Positions 19,610 through 28,543 are shown, counted from the first letter of the stretch. The stretch: 39,571 nucleotides of DNA from Sedimentisphaerales bacterium (GCA_016935635.1 JAFGQP010000075.1:1-39571), one strand, 5' to 3'. Notes: generated by a model not told the origin, from the letters alone. Translations and numbers: made by a program.

Positions 19610-20440
19610 ATGGAAGTACGTTATAGCCCGGATCCGATTCGTTTCGAACGGATGACGACCGAAGAAACTCGTCACCATTTTCTGGTGGAGTCGCTGTTTA
19701 AGCCCGATACTCTTGAGATGGTATACATTGATATTGACCGCGTGATCGCCGGCTCGGCGGTTCCGGTTGACCAGCCCCTGCCCCTGACCAGCGCCGGCGA
19801 ACTGCGGGCGGAGTATTTCTGCCAGCGCCGCGAACTGGGCGTCCTGAATATCGGGCAGACAGGAACGGTCACGGTGGACGGCAAGCGCTATGAGATGGCC
19901 AATCGCGATGGTTTATATATTGGCCGCGGCTCACAGAGCATCGTTTTCGAGAGTCAGAATCCCAGACAGCCCGCCATGTTCTATCTGGTCAGCTACCCGG
20001 CCCATGCCGCCTACCCCACGACCCGTATTGTCAAGGCCCAGGCTGCCGCAGTACCGTTGGGTAGCATCCCGCAGGCCAACAAGCGGACCATTTACAAATA
20101 TATCCATCCCGATGGCGTTCAAAGCTGCCAACTGGTGATGGGCTTTACCGAAATGGCCGAAGGCTGTGTTTGGAACACCATGCCGCCGCATACGCATGAA
20201 CGCCGGATGGAAGTGTATATGTATTTTGATTTTCCCGATACGGCCCGCGTCTTTCACCTGATGGGCAAGGCCGACCAGACACGTCATATTGTTGTCGCCC
20301 CCAGACAGGTGGTTATTTCGCCGAGCTGGTCGATTCATTCCGGCGTCGGTACCCAGGCCTATACCTTCTGCTGGGCGATGGGCGGCGAAAATCAGGCGTT
20401 TGATGATATGGATGGCATTTCAATTGCAGATATAAAATAA
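19610..20440 (+). CDS. kduI: 4-deoxy-L-threo-5-hexosulose-uronate ketol-isomerase
   Basis: RRELGVLNIG, CQLVMG, WNTMPPHTHERRMEVY, SPSWSIHSG, WAMGGEN. Confidence 0.97.
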   Translation: MEVRYSPDPIRFERMTTEETRHHFLVESLFKPDTLEMVYIDIDRVIAGSAVPVDQPLPLTSAGELRAEYFCQRRELGVLNIGQTGTVTVDGKRYEMANRDGLYIGRGSQSIVFESQNPRQPAMFYLVSYPAHAAYPTTRIVKAQAAAVPLGSIPQANKRTIYKYIHPDGVQSCQLVMGFTEMAEGCVWNTMPPHTHERRMEVYMYFDFPDTARVFHLMGKADQTRHIVVAPRQVVISPSWSIHSGVGTQAYTFCWAMGGENQAFDDMDGISIADIK

Positions 20441-20452
20441 TGAGGTGAAGAT

Positions 20453-21214
20453 ATGATTCTGGACCAATTTAAACTTGATGGCAAAACAGCGGTTGTAACC
20501 GGCGCCGCCCGCGGCCTCGGGCAGGCAATGGCTCTGGCCATGGCCGAAGCAGGGGCCGATGTCGCTGCGGTGGACGTGCTGAATATGAGCGATACGAAGG
20601 AACAGGTTGAAAGGCTCGGACGCCGCTGTGTTCCCATTACCGCGGATTTAACCCAGAAAGATTGCGTCGATATGATTGTCAAGGTGACCGTCGAGAAGCT
20701 GGGCGGCATTGATATCCTGTTCAACAATGCCGGCATCATCCGCCGGGCACCGTTCACGGAATTTACCGAAAAAGACTGGGATGATGTGATGAATCTCAAT
20801 ATCCGCGGCGCATTTTTCCTCAGTCAGGCTGTGGTCAAACAGATGATTCAGCAGGGCCGCGGCGGCAAAATCATCAATACCGCCTCGATGCTCAGCTTTC
20901 AGGGCGGAATCCTCGTGCCGTCTTATACATCGTCCAAAAGCGCCATTATGGGCCTGACCCGCCTGATGGCCTGCGAGCTGGCCAGGCATAAAATTAATAC
21001 CAACGCCATCGCCCCGGGCTATATGGCTACCGATAACACCAAGGCCCTGCGTGACGATGAGGCCCGCAACAAGGCGATTCTGGACCGTATTCCGGCAGGG
21101 CGCTGGGGAACCCCCGACGACCTGAAAGGCATTGCGGTCTTTCTCGCCTCGGCGGCGTCGGATTATATGAATGGCTATACGGTTGCTGTCGATGGCGGCT
21201 GGCTGGCACGATAA
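20453..21214 (+). CDS. kduD: 2-dehydro-3-deoxy-D-gluconate 5-dehydrogenase
   Basis: SDR TGAARGLG, NNAGIIRR, ASMLSFQGG, YTSSK, VDGGWLAR; adjacent to kduI. Confidence 0.96.
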   Translation: MILDQFKLDGKTAVVTGAARGLGQAMALAMAEAGADVAAVDVLNMSDTKEQVERLGRRCVPITADLTQKDCVDMIVKVTVEKLGGIDILFNNAGIIRRAPFTEFTEKDWDDVMNLNIRGAFFLSQAVVKQMIQQGRGGKIINTASMLSFQGGILVPSYTSSKSAIMGLTRLMACELARHKINTNAIAPGYMATDNTKALRDDEARNKAILDRIPAGRWGTPDDLKGIAVFLASAASDYMNGYTVAVDGGWLAR

Positions 21215-21242
21215 ATTTCAAGATTACACAGGAGTGCAACCA

Positions 21243-22340
21243 ATGAAAATAAAAATCTTTCTGCTCAGTATTGCAGCAATCATGACGGCTTCATGTGCAG
21301 CAAATAAGAAATCCTCCCAAAACACCCAATGTGATCTGCGTCAGACAGCTACCCGCGTGGTCGATAATCTGCTGGAACGTTCGTACATGCTCTACGGCAA
21401 TAGGGACAGTCGCAAAGGATTGCATTATGCCGAAGCCTGTACCGCCGTGGGGGCGCTTCGTTTTGCTCAAACGGTTGGCGATCAGGAGATGCTGAATCGG
21501 ATCATCGCCCGCTATGAAGGCTTTCTCAATGAAAAAGACGATACGGTCCTGTTTTCCCGTACGCCTCACGTGGACCATAATGTGATGGGGATAGTTCCGC
21601 TGCAGATTTATCTTGCCGGCGGGGATAAACGGTATCTTGAAGCGGGTTTGAGTTTTGCCGACAAGCAATGGGAAAATCCCCTGCCGGACGGTCTGACCTC
21701 CCAGACGCGGTGGTGGATTGATGATATGTATATGGTGGGGATGCTGCAGATTCAGGCCTACCGCGCCACGCAGGATATTAAATATGCCGATCGCGCCGCG
21801 CTGCAGCTTGTATCCTATCTGCGCAAACTTCAGCAGCCCAACGGACTGTTTTTTCACGGGCCGAACTATCCTTATCATTGGGGACGGGGCAACGGCTGGG
21901 TCGCATCCTCGATGGCCGAAGTGCTGTCCTCGCTGCCCGGCGATAATCCGTATCGGCAGGAAATCATGGCCAGTTACAAGAAAATGATGGCCCGGCTGCT
22001 TGCGTGTCAGTCGGATAACGGCATGTGGCGGCAATTGATTGACTACCCCTATGCCTGGACGGAAAGCTCCTGTACGGCGATGTTTGCGTATGCCATGTCC
22101 GTTGGAATTCATCACGGCTGGCTGGGACGTGAATACAAAGCCGCTGTTGACAAGGCGGCGGATGCTCTGTGTGCCCACGTGGATCGCAAGGGAAACGTGC
22201 GTGATGTGTGTGCCGGCACGGGGCAGGTAGATGATATTGAATTTTATCTGAACCGGCCGCGTCTGCTGGGGGATTTTCACGGGCAGGCGCCGGTGCTGTG
22301 GCTGATTAATGAAAATCTTGAGAATGAACGCAGGGGGTAA
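21243..22340 (+). CDS. lipoprotein, GH105/GH88-type unsaturated uronyl hydrolase
   Basis: ATG 21243 after an AGGAG RBS, lipobox TAS-C; HVD, RWWIDDMYM, WGRGNGW, ESSCTAM, GDFHGQAP. Confidence 0.88.
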   Translation: MKIKIFLLSIAAIMTASCAANKKSSQNTQCDLRQTATRVVDNLLERSYMLYGNRDSRKGLHYAEACTAVGALRFAQTVGDQEMLNRIIARYEGFLNEKDDTVLFSRTPHVDHNVMGIVPLQIYLAGGDKRYLEAGLSFADKQWENPLPDGLTSQTRWWIDDMYMVGMLQIQAYRATQDIKYADRAALQLVSYLRKLQQPNGLFFHGPNYPYHWGRGNGWVASSMAEVLSSLPGDNPYRQEIMASYKKMMARLLACQSDNGMWRQLIDYPYAWTESSCTAMFAYAMSVGIHHGWLGREYKAAVDKAADALCAHVDRKGNVRDVCAGTGQVDDIEFYLNRPRLLGDFHGQAPVLWLINENLENERRG

Positions 22341-22509
22341 ACCCAGCGGGTTTGATTATTCCGCGACGGCCACAGGCCGTTTTATGCCGCGAGTAATCAC
22401 GAGGTAACATTACCCTGCGCAGCCGCGGTGATAATGCTGTTGCTGGAAGCTGGCGGCTGAAAGCTTTTTAGCCGCGACTAACCGAAAAATTTCAAGTAGG
22501 ATCAGTATA
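22338..22509 (+). repeat. MITE-like structured intergenic repeat, copy A
   Basis: 22341-22499 matches the reverse complement of 26869-27027 at 146/159 positions, ungapped (manual count); ends TAAACCC...AGTATA; internal hairpins. Confidence 0.85.
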
Positions 22510-22512
22510 ACT

Positions 22513-23613
22513 ATGAACGATTTGAAGCTCAAACAGCAATCGGAATGCAAATATGACATCCTGTCTCTGGGTGAGATCATGCTGCGTCTGGACCCGGGCT
22601 CGGAGCGGATTCATACGACGCGGATGTTTCGCGTCTGGGAAGGCGGCGGCGAATACAACGTCGCTCGCGGCATGAAGCGCTGCTTCGGCAAGCGGGCCGC
22701 AGTGGCCACGGCGATTGCCGATAATCCCATCGGCAGGCTGCTGGAGGATTTTATCTTTCAGGGCGGTGTCAGTACCGAATACATCCGCTGGATTCCGTTT
22801 GACGGCATCGGCAGGAAGTCCCGCGTGGGGCTCAACTTTACCGAACGCGGCTTTGGTGTCCGTGCTGCGGTGGGCTGTTCCGACCGGGCCAACAGTGCCG
22901 CCTCGCAGATTAAAAAGGGCGATTTCGACTGGGAAAAAATATTCGGTCAGGATGGTGTCCGCTGGCTGCACACCGGCGGTATTTTTGCAGCTCTTTCGGC
23001 AACGACCCCCGATGCTATTATCGAAGCCGTCACGATTGCCAAAAAATACGGCACCATGGTCTCGTATGATCTGAACTATCGCGCCTCCCTCTGGAAAGAC
23101 ATTGGTGGTCAGGACAAGGCCCGTCAGGTCAACCGGGAAATCGCAAAATATGTCGATGTGATGATCGGCAACGAAGAGGATTTTACCGCGGCTTTGGGTT
23201 TTGAAGTGGAGGGGCTGGATGAACATTGTTCCAATCTCGACCCGTCGAATTTTAAAAAGATGATTCAGAAGGCGGTTGCCCAATTTCCGAATTTCAAGGC
23301 GGTCGCAACCACCCTGCGCAATGCCAAAACCGCCGGCCGGAACGACTGGGGCTCGATTTTATATATCGACGGCAAATTTCATGAAGCCGTGCTGCGGCCG
23401 GACCTGGAAATCTACGACCGTGTCGGCGGCGGTGACAGCTTTGCCTCCGGCCTGATTTACGGCCTCATGGAAGGCAAGTCCCCCGAACAGGCCGTCAATT
23501 ACGGTGCCGCCCATGGCGCCCTGGCGATGACCACGCCCGGCGACACCTCCACGGCCAGTTTGAAAGAAGTCGAAGCGGTGATGAAAGGCGCGACTGCCAG
23601 AATCGCCCGTTGA
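22513..23613 (+). CDS. kdgK: 2-dehydro-3-deoxygluconokinase (PfkB family)
   Basis: LGEIMLRL, GGGEYNVA, SYDLNYR, GNEED, DRVGGGDSF; kdu context. Confidence 0.9.
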   Translation: MNDLKLKQQSECKYDILSLGEIMLRLDPGSERIHTTRMFRVWEGGGEYNVARGMKRCFGKRAAVATAIADNPIGRLLEDFIFQGGVSTEYIRWIPFDGIGRKSRVGLNFTERGFGVRAAVGCSDRANSAASQIKKGDFDWEKIFGQDGVRWLHTGGIFAALSATTPDAIIEAVTIAKKYGTMVSYDLNYRASLWKDIGGQDKARQVNREIAKYVDVMIGNEEDFTAALGFEVEGLDEHCSNLDPSNFKKMIQKAVAQFPNFKAVATTLRNAKTAGRNDWGSILYIDGKFHEAVLRPDLEIYDRVGGGDSFASGLIYGLMEGKSPEQAVNYGAAHGALAMTTPGDTSTASLKEVEAVMKGATARIAR

Positions 23614-23698
23614 GGCGGGATAACCAACCGGATATGCACCCGGATGACAGGATGGAATGGGTACCTTAATACAATGCTTTATGCAGGAAGGGTATAAC

Positions 23699-24916
23699 AT
23701 GAATTCAGTCAAGATATATTATCTGATTGTGCTGGGATGTGTAAGTTTTGTATTGACCGGATGTGCTTCTACGGCCTCCAAAGCCTCGTCCGAGCCGTGG
23801 TCTGTCAAAATGACTCAGACGGTCATGAAACGCAACGCCGATATCTGGTCACTGGACTTTGCCTCCAAGCCCAAATGGAGCTATACCTACGGGACGGTCT
23901 ATAAGGCGATGTGGCAGAGCTATCTGAACACCAAAGACCCGGCGATCCCGGCCTATATCGAACGGTATTACGATACCCTCATTCAAGACGACGGGACGAT
24001 CCAGACCTATTCGATGAAAGATTATAACATCGATCAGATTAATCTTGGCATGACGCTGTTCGATGTGTACAAATACACCGGCAAGGAGAAATATCGTCAG
24101 GCAATCCAGACCCTGCGTGACCAGATGAAAGTTCATCCGCGTACGACCGAAGGCGGCTTCTGGCACAAGCAGCGCTACCCCCACCAGATGTGGCTGGACG
24201 GTCTTTATATGGGCTCGCCTTTCCTGGCTCGGTATGCGGTCGAATATAAAGAATCACAATTGCTGGACGATGTTGCCAACCAGTTTGTCCTGATGGAAAA
24301 ACACGCCCGCGATGCCAAAACCGGCCTGCTGTATCACGCCTGGGACGAAGGACGCGCCCAGCGCTGGGCCAATCCCGAGACGGGGCAGTCCCCCAATTTC
24401 TGGGGGCGGGCGATGGGCTGGTATGCCATGGCGGTGGTGGATGTGCTGGATTACATGCCCGCGTCCTATCCTCGCCGGCTGGAGCTGATGGTGATTCTGG
24501 ACCGATTGTTTACAGCGTTGACGGCATATCAGGATTCGCAGACCGGCCTGTGGTATCAGGTGGTGGACAAGGGCGGCCGGCAGGGCAACTATCTGGAGGC
24601 CTCGGCGTCGTCGATGTTTGTCTATGCGATGACCAAGGCCGTGCGTGTGAATGCTGTCGATAAAAAATATCTTGCCGTTGCCCGCAAGGGGTACGATGGC
24701 ATTCTCAAGCATTTGATTACTGAAGACCCGGACGGCCAGGTCAGTATCCATCAATGCTGTGCGGTTGCCGGTCTGGGCGGGACTCCCTACCGCGACGGAT
24801 CGTATGAGTACTATATCGGTGAACCGGTACGCGATAACGACCCCAAGGCGATAGGCCCCTTTATCCTGGCTGCCCTCGAATGGGAGCGGCTCGAATCCGG
24901 CAAGAGTAAGAAATAA
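23699..24916 (+). CDS. lipoprotein, GH105 unsaturated rhamnogalacturonyl hydrolase (YteR/RhiN-like)
   Basis: Lipobox LTG-C; WSY, YNID, GGFWHK, QMWLDGLYM, FWGRAMGW, EASAS. Confidence 0.9.
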   Translation: MNSVKIYYLIVLGCVSFVLTGCASTASKASSEPWSVKMTQTVMKRNADIWSLDFASKPKWSYTYGTVYKAMWQSYLNTKDPAIPAYIERYYDTLIQDDGTIQTYSMKDYNIDQINLGMTLFDVYKYTGKEKYRQAIQTLRDQMKVHPRTTEGGFWHKQRYPHQMWLDGLYMGSPFLARYAVEYKESQLLDDVANQFVLMEKHARDAKTGLLYHAWDEGRAQRWANPETGQSPNFWGRAMGWYAMAVVDVLDYMPASYPRRLELMVILDRLFTALTAYQDSQTGLWYQVVDKGGRQGNYLEASASSMFVYAMTKAVRVNAVDKKYLAVARKGYDGILKHLITEDPDGQVSIHQCCAVAGLGGTPYRDGSYEYYIGEPVRDNDPKAIGPFILAALEWERLESGKSKK

Positions 24917-24963
24917 AATAATCCAATTGGCAGATGAAGAAAGACTAATTGAGGAGATTCTAA

Positions 24964-25641
24964 ATGGCTCGTCATAACCGTTTGAAGGTATTGTGTGCAA
25001 TGAAGGAAATCGGCCTTGTGCCGGTGTTTTATAATTCCGATGCGGACACCGCATGGAAGATTACCTGTGCCTGTGCTGATGGCGGGGCGATGCTCGTGGA
25101 ATTCACCAACCGCGGCGACAGGGCCGTCAATGTCTTCAATAAGCTGACCGAACTCCGCGACACGCACCGTCCCGAGATTATCCTTGGTGTCGGGTCCATT
25201 TGCGATGCACCGACGGCGGCGATGTATATCAACGCCGGCGCGGATTTTGTCGTCGGGCCGCTTCTGGATGAAGATACCGCCAAAGTGTGCAACTGCCGCA
25301 AAGTGCCGTATCTGCCCGGCTGTGCCTCCGCGACCGAGATTCACCGGGCCGAGATGCTTGGCGTGGAAATCTGCAAGGTTTTCCCCGGCAAGGAAGTCGG
25401 CGGCCCGGCCTTCGTCAAGGCTGTCAAGGGGCCTTGCCCATGGACGGAAATTATGCCCACCGGCGGCGTGGACCCCACACAGGAAAACCTTGCCGCCTGG
25501 TTTAAGGCTGGCGTGGCTTGCGTCGGCGTGGGCTCCAATCTCATCACCAGCCAGATTGTGGCCGCGGGCGATTTTGCCCAACTGACCAAAAAAGTCCAGG
25601 ACACCCTGTCGCTCGTCCGCCAAATCCGCCAGGCGAAATAA
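24964..25641 (+). CDS. eda: KDPG/KHG aldolase
   Basis: EFTNRG, GVGSI, KVFPG (Schiff-base Lys), MPTGGV; GAGGAG RBS. Confidence 0.93.
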   Translation: MARHNRLKVLCAMKEIGLVPVFYNSDADTAWKITCACADGGAMLVEFTNRGDRAVNVFNKLTELRDTHRPEIILGVGSICDAPTAAMYINAGADFVVGPLLDEDTAKVCNCRKVPYLPGCASATEIHRAEMLGVEICKVFPGKEVGGPAFVKAVKGPCPWTEIMPTGGVDPTQENLAAWFKAGVACVGVGSNLITSQIVAAGDFAQLTKKVQDTLSLVRQIRQAK

Positions 25642-25663
25642 TCGGTTTTGCTTTGCTGTTAAT

Positions 25664-26818
25664 TTAGAGGCACAGTGTCAGGATTTCGCGTATCTGGTCG
25701 GCACGAATGGCCTGATGTTCACCAAGTGTGGTGCCGCGCTGCCGAAAACGCTCAATTACTTTTTCAATATCGGTCTTGCTGATATTATAATCACTCAAAC
25801 GGGTCGGCATATTAACCGAATGGAAAAAGGCTGCCGTCTTTTCAATGGCAGCGCGGGCCTGGGTATCGACATTACCGTCCACGACATGCCAAATCCTTCG
25901 GGCCAGTTGGGCCAGCTTGTCTTTTTTGTTGGCGAACTGATGCTGCCACATACCCGGCAGGACAATCGCCAGCGATTCGGCATGAGCGACACCGAAAAAG
26001 GCCGTTAATTCATGGCCGATCATGTGCGTGGACCAGTCCTCGACGACCCCGCATGAAATGATGCCGTTCAGGGCATGGGTCGCGGCCCACATGAAATTGG
26101 CCCGGCTGTCATAATCTTTTTTACTCAGCACATCCGGCGCGACATCGATGAGTGTTCGTACCACCGCTTCGGCCTGACGATCCTGCAGGGGGGTATTAAT
26201 CGAATACGTCGCATACTGTTCCATCACATGCACAAATGCATCCACGATGCCGTTGCGCAGTTGATTCTGCGGCAGCGAATAAGTAATCTCCGGGTCCAGA
26301 ATCGAAAAGGCCGGATAGACTTTGGGATTGCCGAAAGCCAGTTTTTCCTGCGTGCTGTCTCGGGAGATGACCGAAAAACAGTTCATTTCCGACCCCGTCG
26401 CCGGCAGTGTCAGCACCGCTCCAATCGGCAGGGCGGACTGCAGGGCGCCGCCGCCGGAGGTCAGAATCTGCCACGGGTCCCCGCCGGTAAAAGGGATCGC
26501 CCCGGCAATAAACTTCGTGCCGTCCAGCACCGACCCGCCGCCGACCGACAGCAGAAAATCAACCTTTTCTTTTCGGGCCAGTTCAACGGCCTTCATACAG
26601 GTTTCATATCGCGGGTTTGGTTCAATCCCGGCAAATTCAATCACTTTCCGGCCCTTCAATGCCGCCTGGACCTGCTCGTAGACCCCGTTTTTTTTGATCG
26701 ACCCGCCGCCATACAGAAGCAAGATGGTCCTGGCCGGGTCGATTAAATCCGCCAGTTTGGCAATGGTGTTTTTGCCGAATACGACGCGTACCGGGTTGCA
26801 GTATTCGAAATTATTCAT
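25664..26818 (-). CDS. yqhD: NADPH-dependent iron-containing alcohol/aldehyde dehydrogenase
   Basis: YGGGS, IEPNP, VGGGSVLDGTKF, TLPATGSE, DAFVH, HMIGHELT, HAESLA; ATG 26818 after GGAG. Confidence 0.9.
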   Translation of the reverse strand: MNNFEYCNPVRVVFGKNTIAKLADLIDPARTILLLYGGGSIKKNGVYEQVQAALKGRKVIEFAGIEPNPRYETCMKAVELARKEKVDFLLSVGGGSVLDGTKFIAGAIPFTGGDPWQILTSGGGALQSALPIGAVLTLPATGSEMNCFSVISRDSTQEKLAFGNPKVYPAFSILDPEITYSLPQNQLRNGIVDAFVHVMEQYATYSINTPLQDRQAEAVVRTLIDVAPDVLSKKDYDSRANFMWAATHALNGIISCGVVEDWSTHMIGHELTAFFGVAHAESLAIVLPGMWQHQFANKKDKLAQLARRIWHVVDGNVDTQARAAIEKTAAFFHSVNMPTRLSDYNISKTDIEKVIERFRQRGTTLGEHQAIRADQIREILTLCL

Positions 26819-26852
26819 AGTCAATCTCCGATTCTTAAGGTTCTTTGAGTTC

Positions 26853-27030
26853 TATACTTATTCTTCTTCTACTTGAAATATTTCGTTTCGGCGCGGCTAA
26901 AAAGCTTTTAGCCGCCAGCTTCCAGCAACAGCATTATCACCGCGGCTGCGCAGGGTAACGTTACCCCGTGAGTACGCGCGGCATAAAACGGCCTGTGGCC
27001 GTCGCGGAATTATCATGCCCGTTGGGTATA
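26853..27030 (-). repeat. MITE-like structured intergenic repeat, copy B (inverted relative to copy A)
   Basis: Reverse complement of copy A; bounded by a perfect TATAC...GTATA inverted pair; begins immediately after the DUF401 stop codon. Confidence 0.85.
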
Positions 27031-28269
27031 TTATAACACCTTTGCCGCCAGAATTCCACCCACTGCAATACAGGCAATCGGCCCCAGCAGCAGCAGGATA
27101 ATCCGTCCCAGCGGCGCCTCAAAGTAACTGGCCGACAGACTCAGGCACAAATGCACCGGAGTCAGATACAGCCCGCACAGCAGACCCGAGAACGCCAGCG
27201 TCTGCAAGCCGATATCGGCGCCGGCCCCCGTCCCGATATACGGCATCAGCAGGGGAAACGTAATCGCCACCGTCGGCATTGTCAGCCCTGTCAGCGCCGC
27301 CACCAGCATCGGCAGTACAAACAGCAGAATCATCCCCGGCATGTGAATGTCTGCAAAGAACTGAACCACTGCTGCAATACTGCCGGCCGCCTGCAGATTT
27401 AGCTTGAACAGCAGCGCCCCCAGGATCAGCAGAATCAGGTCGATTTCAAAACCCTGCCGGCATAAATGGCCGCATCGCCCAAAGGGAATGCGATACACCA
27501 GCATAAACAGGGCCATCGAAATCAGGATACCAATCGCTGGATTGACATTCAATGCAGCATGAAGCCCCGCCACAAGCCCGATTGGCCAGAATGCCTGAAT
27601 GAATACATGCAGACTATGTAGCCATTTTGCCTTGTCCCGCTGGCCTTTTTTCGGAGGAATGCCCCACAGCAGCAGAAAAAGAATCCCACCGGTAATCCCG
27701 CAAAGCGATATCACGATATTGTGCCGAATTAAGGCAATCGCCGAAATCCCCAGCATTCCCTGAATCAATGGTATCGACGGAAACAGCGGCCAGACCATCT
27801 CCCACTGATGGCGAAAGAAAAAGTTAATCGCCGCCGACCGGCTGCGCGTGACCCCGATACTATCGGCCAGGTCCCGCACCATCGGCGCCGACAGCATAAT
27901 CCCGCCCGGCGTCGGCAAAAGGCCCATCAGCATCGGAATACCCACCATCGCACCGCGACGGCTTTTAAACAGGACCAGAAGCGCCTCAGTCAGTTTGCCG
28001 GACACCCCCGTCTCTTTCATCGCAAGGCCCAGTATATTCACAAACGTCAGCATGGCCGCCAGCGTGACAAACAGATACCCCGTCGTCTGGCTCAATGGCT
28101 TATCCCGCCATTCCTGAACAAACTCCCCCCACAGCCTGAACGGACTGACACCCAGCAGCAGTTCCAGCACACATGCCGCCAGAATCATCGACAGCCCGAT
28201 TTTTATTTTCAGCCGCAGAAGGACAACAAAAATGCCCAGTGCGATACCCATCACAATCAATTCATACAT
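27031..28269 (-). CDS. DUF401-family polytopic membrane protein (putative transporter)
   Basis: Many hydrophobic helices; GLLPTPGGIMLSAPMV, NFFFRHQWE, TPVHLCL motifs. Confidence 0.85.
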   Translation of the reverse strand: MYELIVMGIALGIFVVLLRLKIKIGLSMILAACVLELLLGVSPFRLWGEFVQEWRDKPLSQTTGYLFVTLAAMLTFVNILGLAMKETGVSGKLTEALLVLFKSRRGAMVGIPMLMGLLPTPGGIMLSAPMVRDLADSIGVTRSRSAAINFFFRHQWEMVWPLFPSIPLIQGMLGISAIALIRHNIVISLCGITGGILFLLLWGIPPKKGQRDKAKWLHSLHVFIQAFWPIGLVAGLHAALNVNPAIGILISMALFMLVYRIPFGRCGHLCRQGFEIDLILLILGALLFKLNLQAAGSIAAVVQFFADIHMPGMILLFVLPMLVAALTGLTMPTVAITFPLLMPYIGTGAGADIGLQTLAFSGLLCGLYLTPVHLCLSLSASYFEAPLGRIILLLLGPIACIAVGGILAAKVL

Positions 28270-28301
28270 AAAAAATCCAACTCAAAAATAGTCATGGCAG
28301 G

Positions 28302-28374
28302 TTGTCACTCCCGCCAAAGCGGGAATCCACAGCGACAAGGTAAAGCTGGATACCCGCCTTCGCGGGCATGACAA
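28302..28374. repeat. GTCA-TCCCGC/GCGGGA-ATCC palindromic repeat (REP/dRS3/RPE-like)
   Basis: TTGTCACTCCCGC-CAAA-GCGGGAATCCA ... TGGATACCCGC-CTTC-GCGGGCATGACAA: two inverted mini-hairpin units. Confidence 0.8.
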
Positions 28375-28399
28375 GTCCTATCAGCCGGTTTGCGTAATC

Positions 28400-28428
28400 A
28401 ATCTATCCTTCCTGACTCCGAAAAGCAA
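28400..28428 (-). promoter_or_regulatory. sigma70-type promoter candidate for DUF401-yqhD
   Basis: Minus strand TTGCTT-17 nt-TAGATT. Confidence 0.45.
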
Positions 28429-28462
28429 GCATCCAGATGGGATAAAATTTACCCATAAAGGT

Positions 28463-28491
28463 TTGTTTCCAGACGTATTCTATTATATACT
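28463..28491 (+). promoter_or_regulatory. sigma70-type promoter candidate for the oxidoreductase operon
   Basis: TTGTTT-17 nt-TATACT. Confidence 0.45.
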
Positions 28492-28543
28492 AACTGCGGC
28501 GGATTGCTCAAAATGGATGAAGTATGGTGGTAAATAAAACAAG

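Noticed and set aside
22453-22499. IS200/IS605-type right end (hairpin followed by TTCAA)
   Set aside because: Similarity between the copies continues past TCAA (GTAG...AGTATA) and no tnpA or tnpB is present; TA-bounded ends fit better
22338-27030. Composite transposon or IS pair
   Set aside because: Neither repeat encodes a transposase, no long terminal repeats or flanking duplication are evident, and the enclosed genes continue the neighbouring operons
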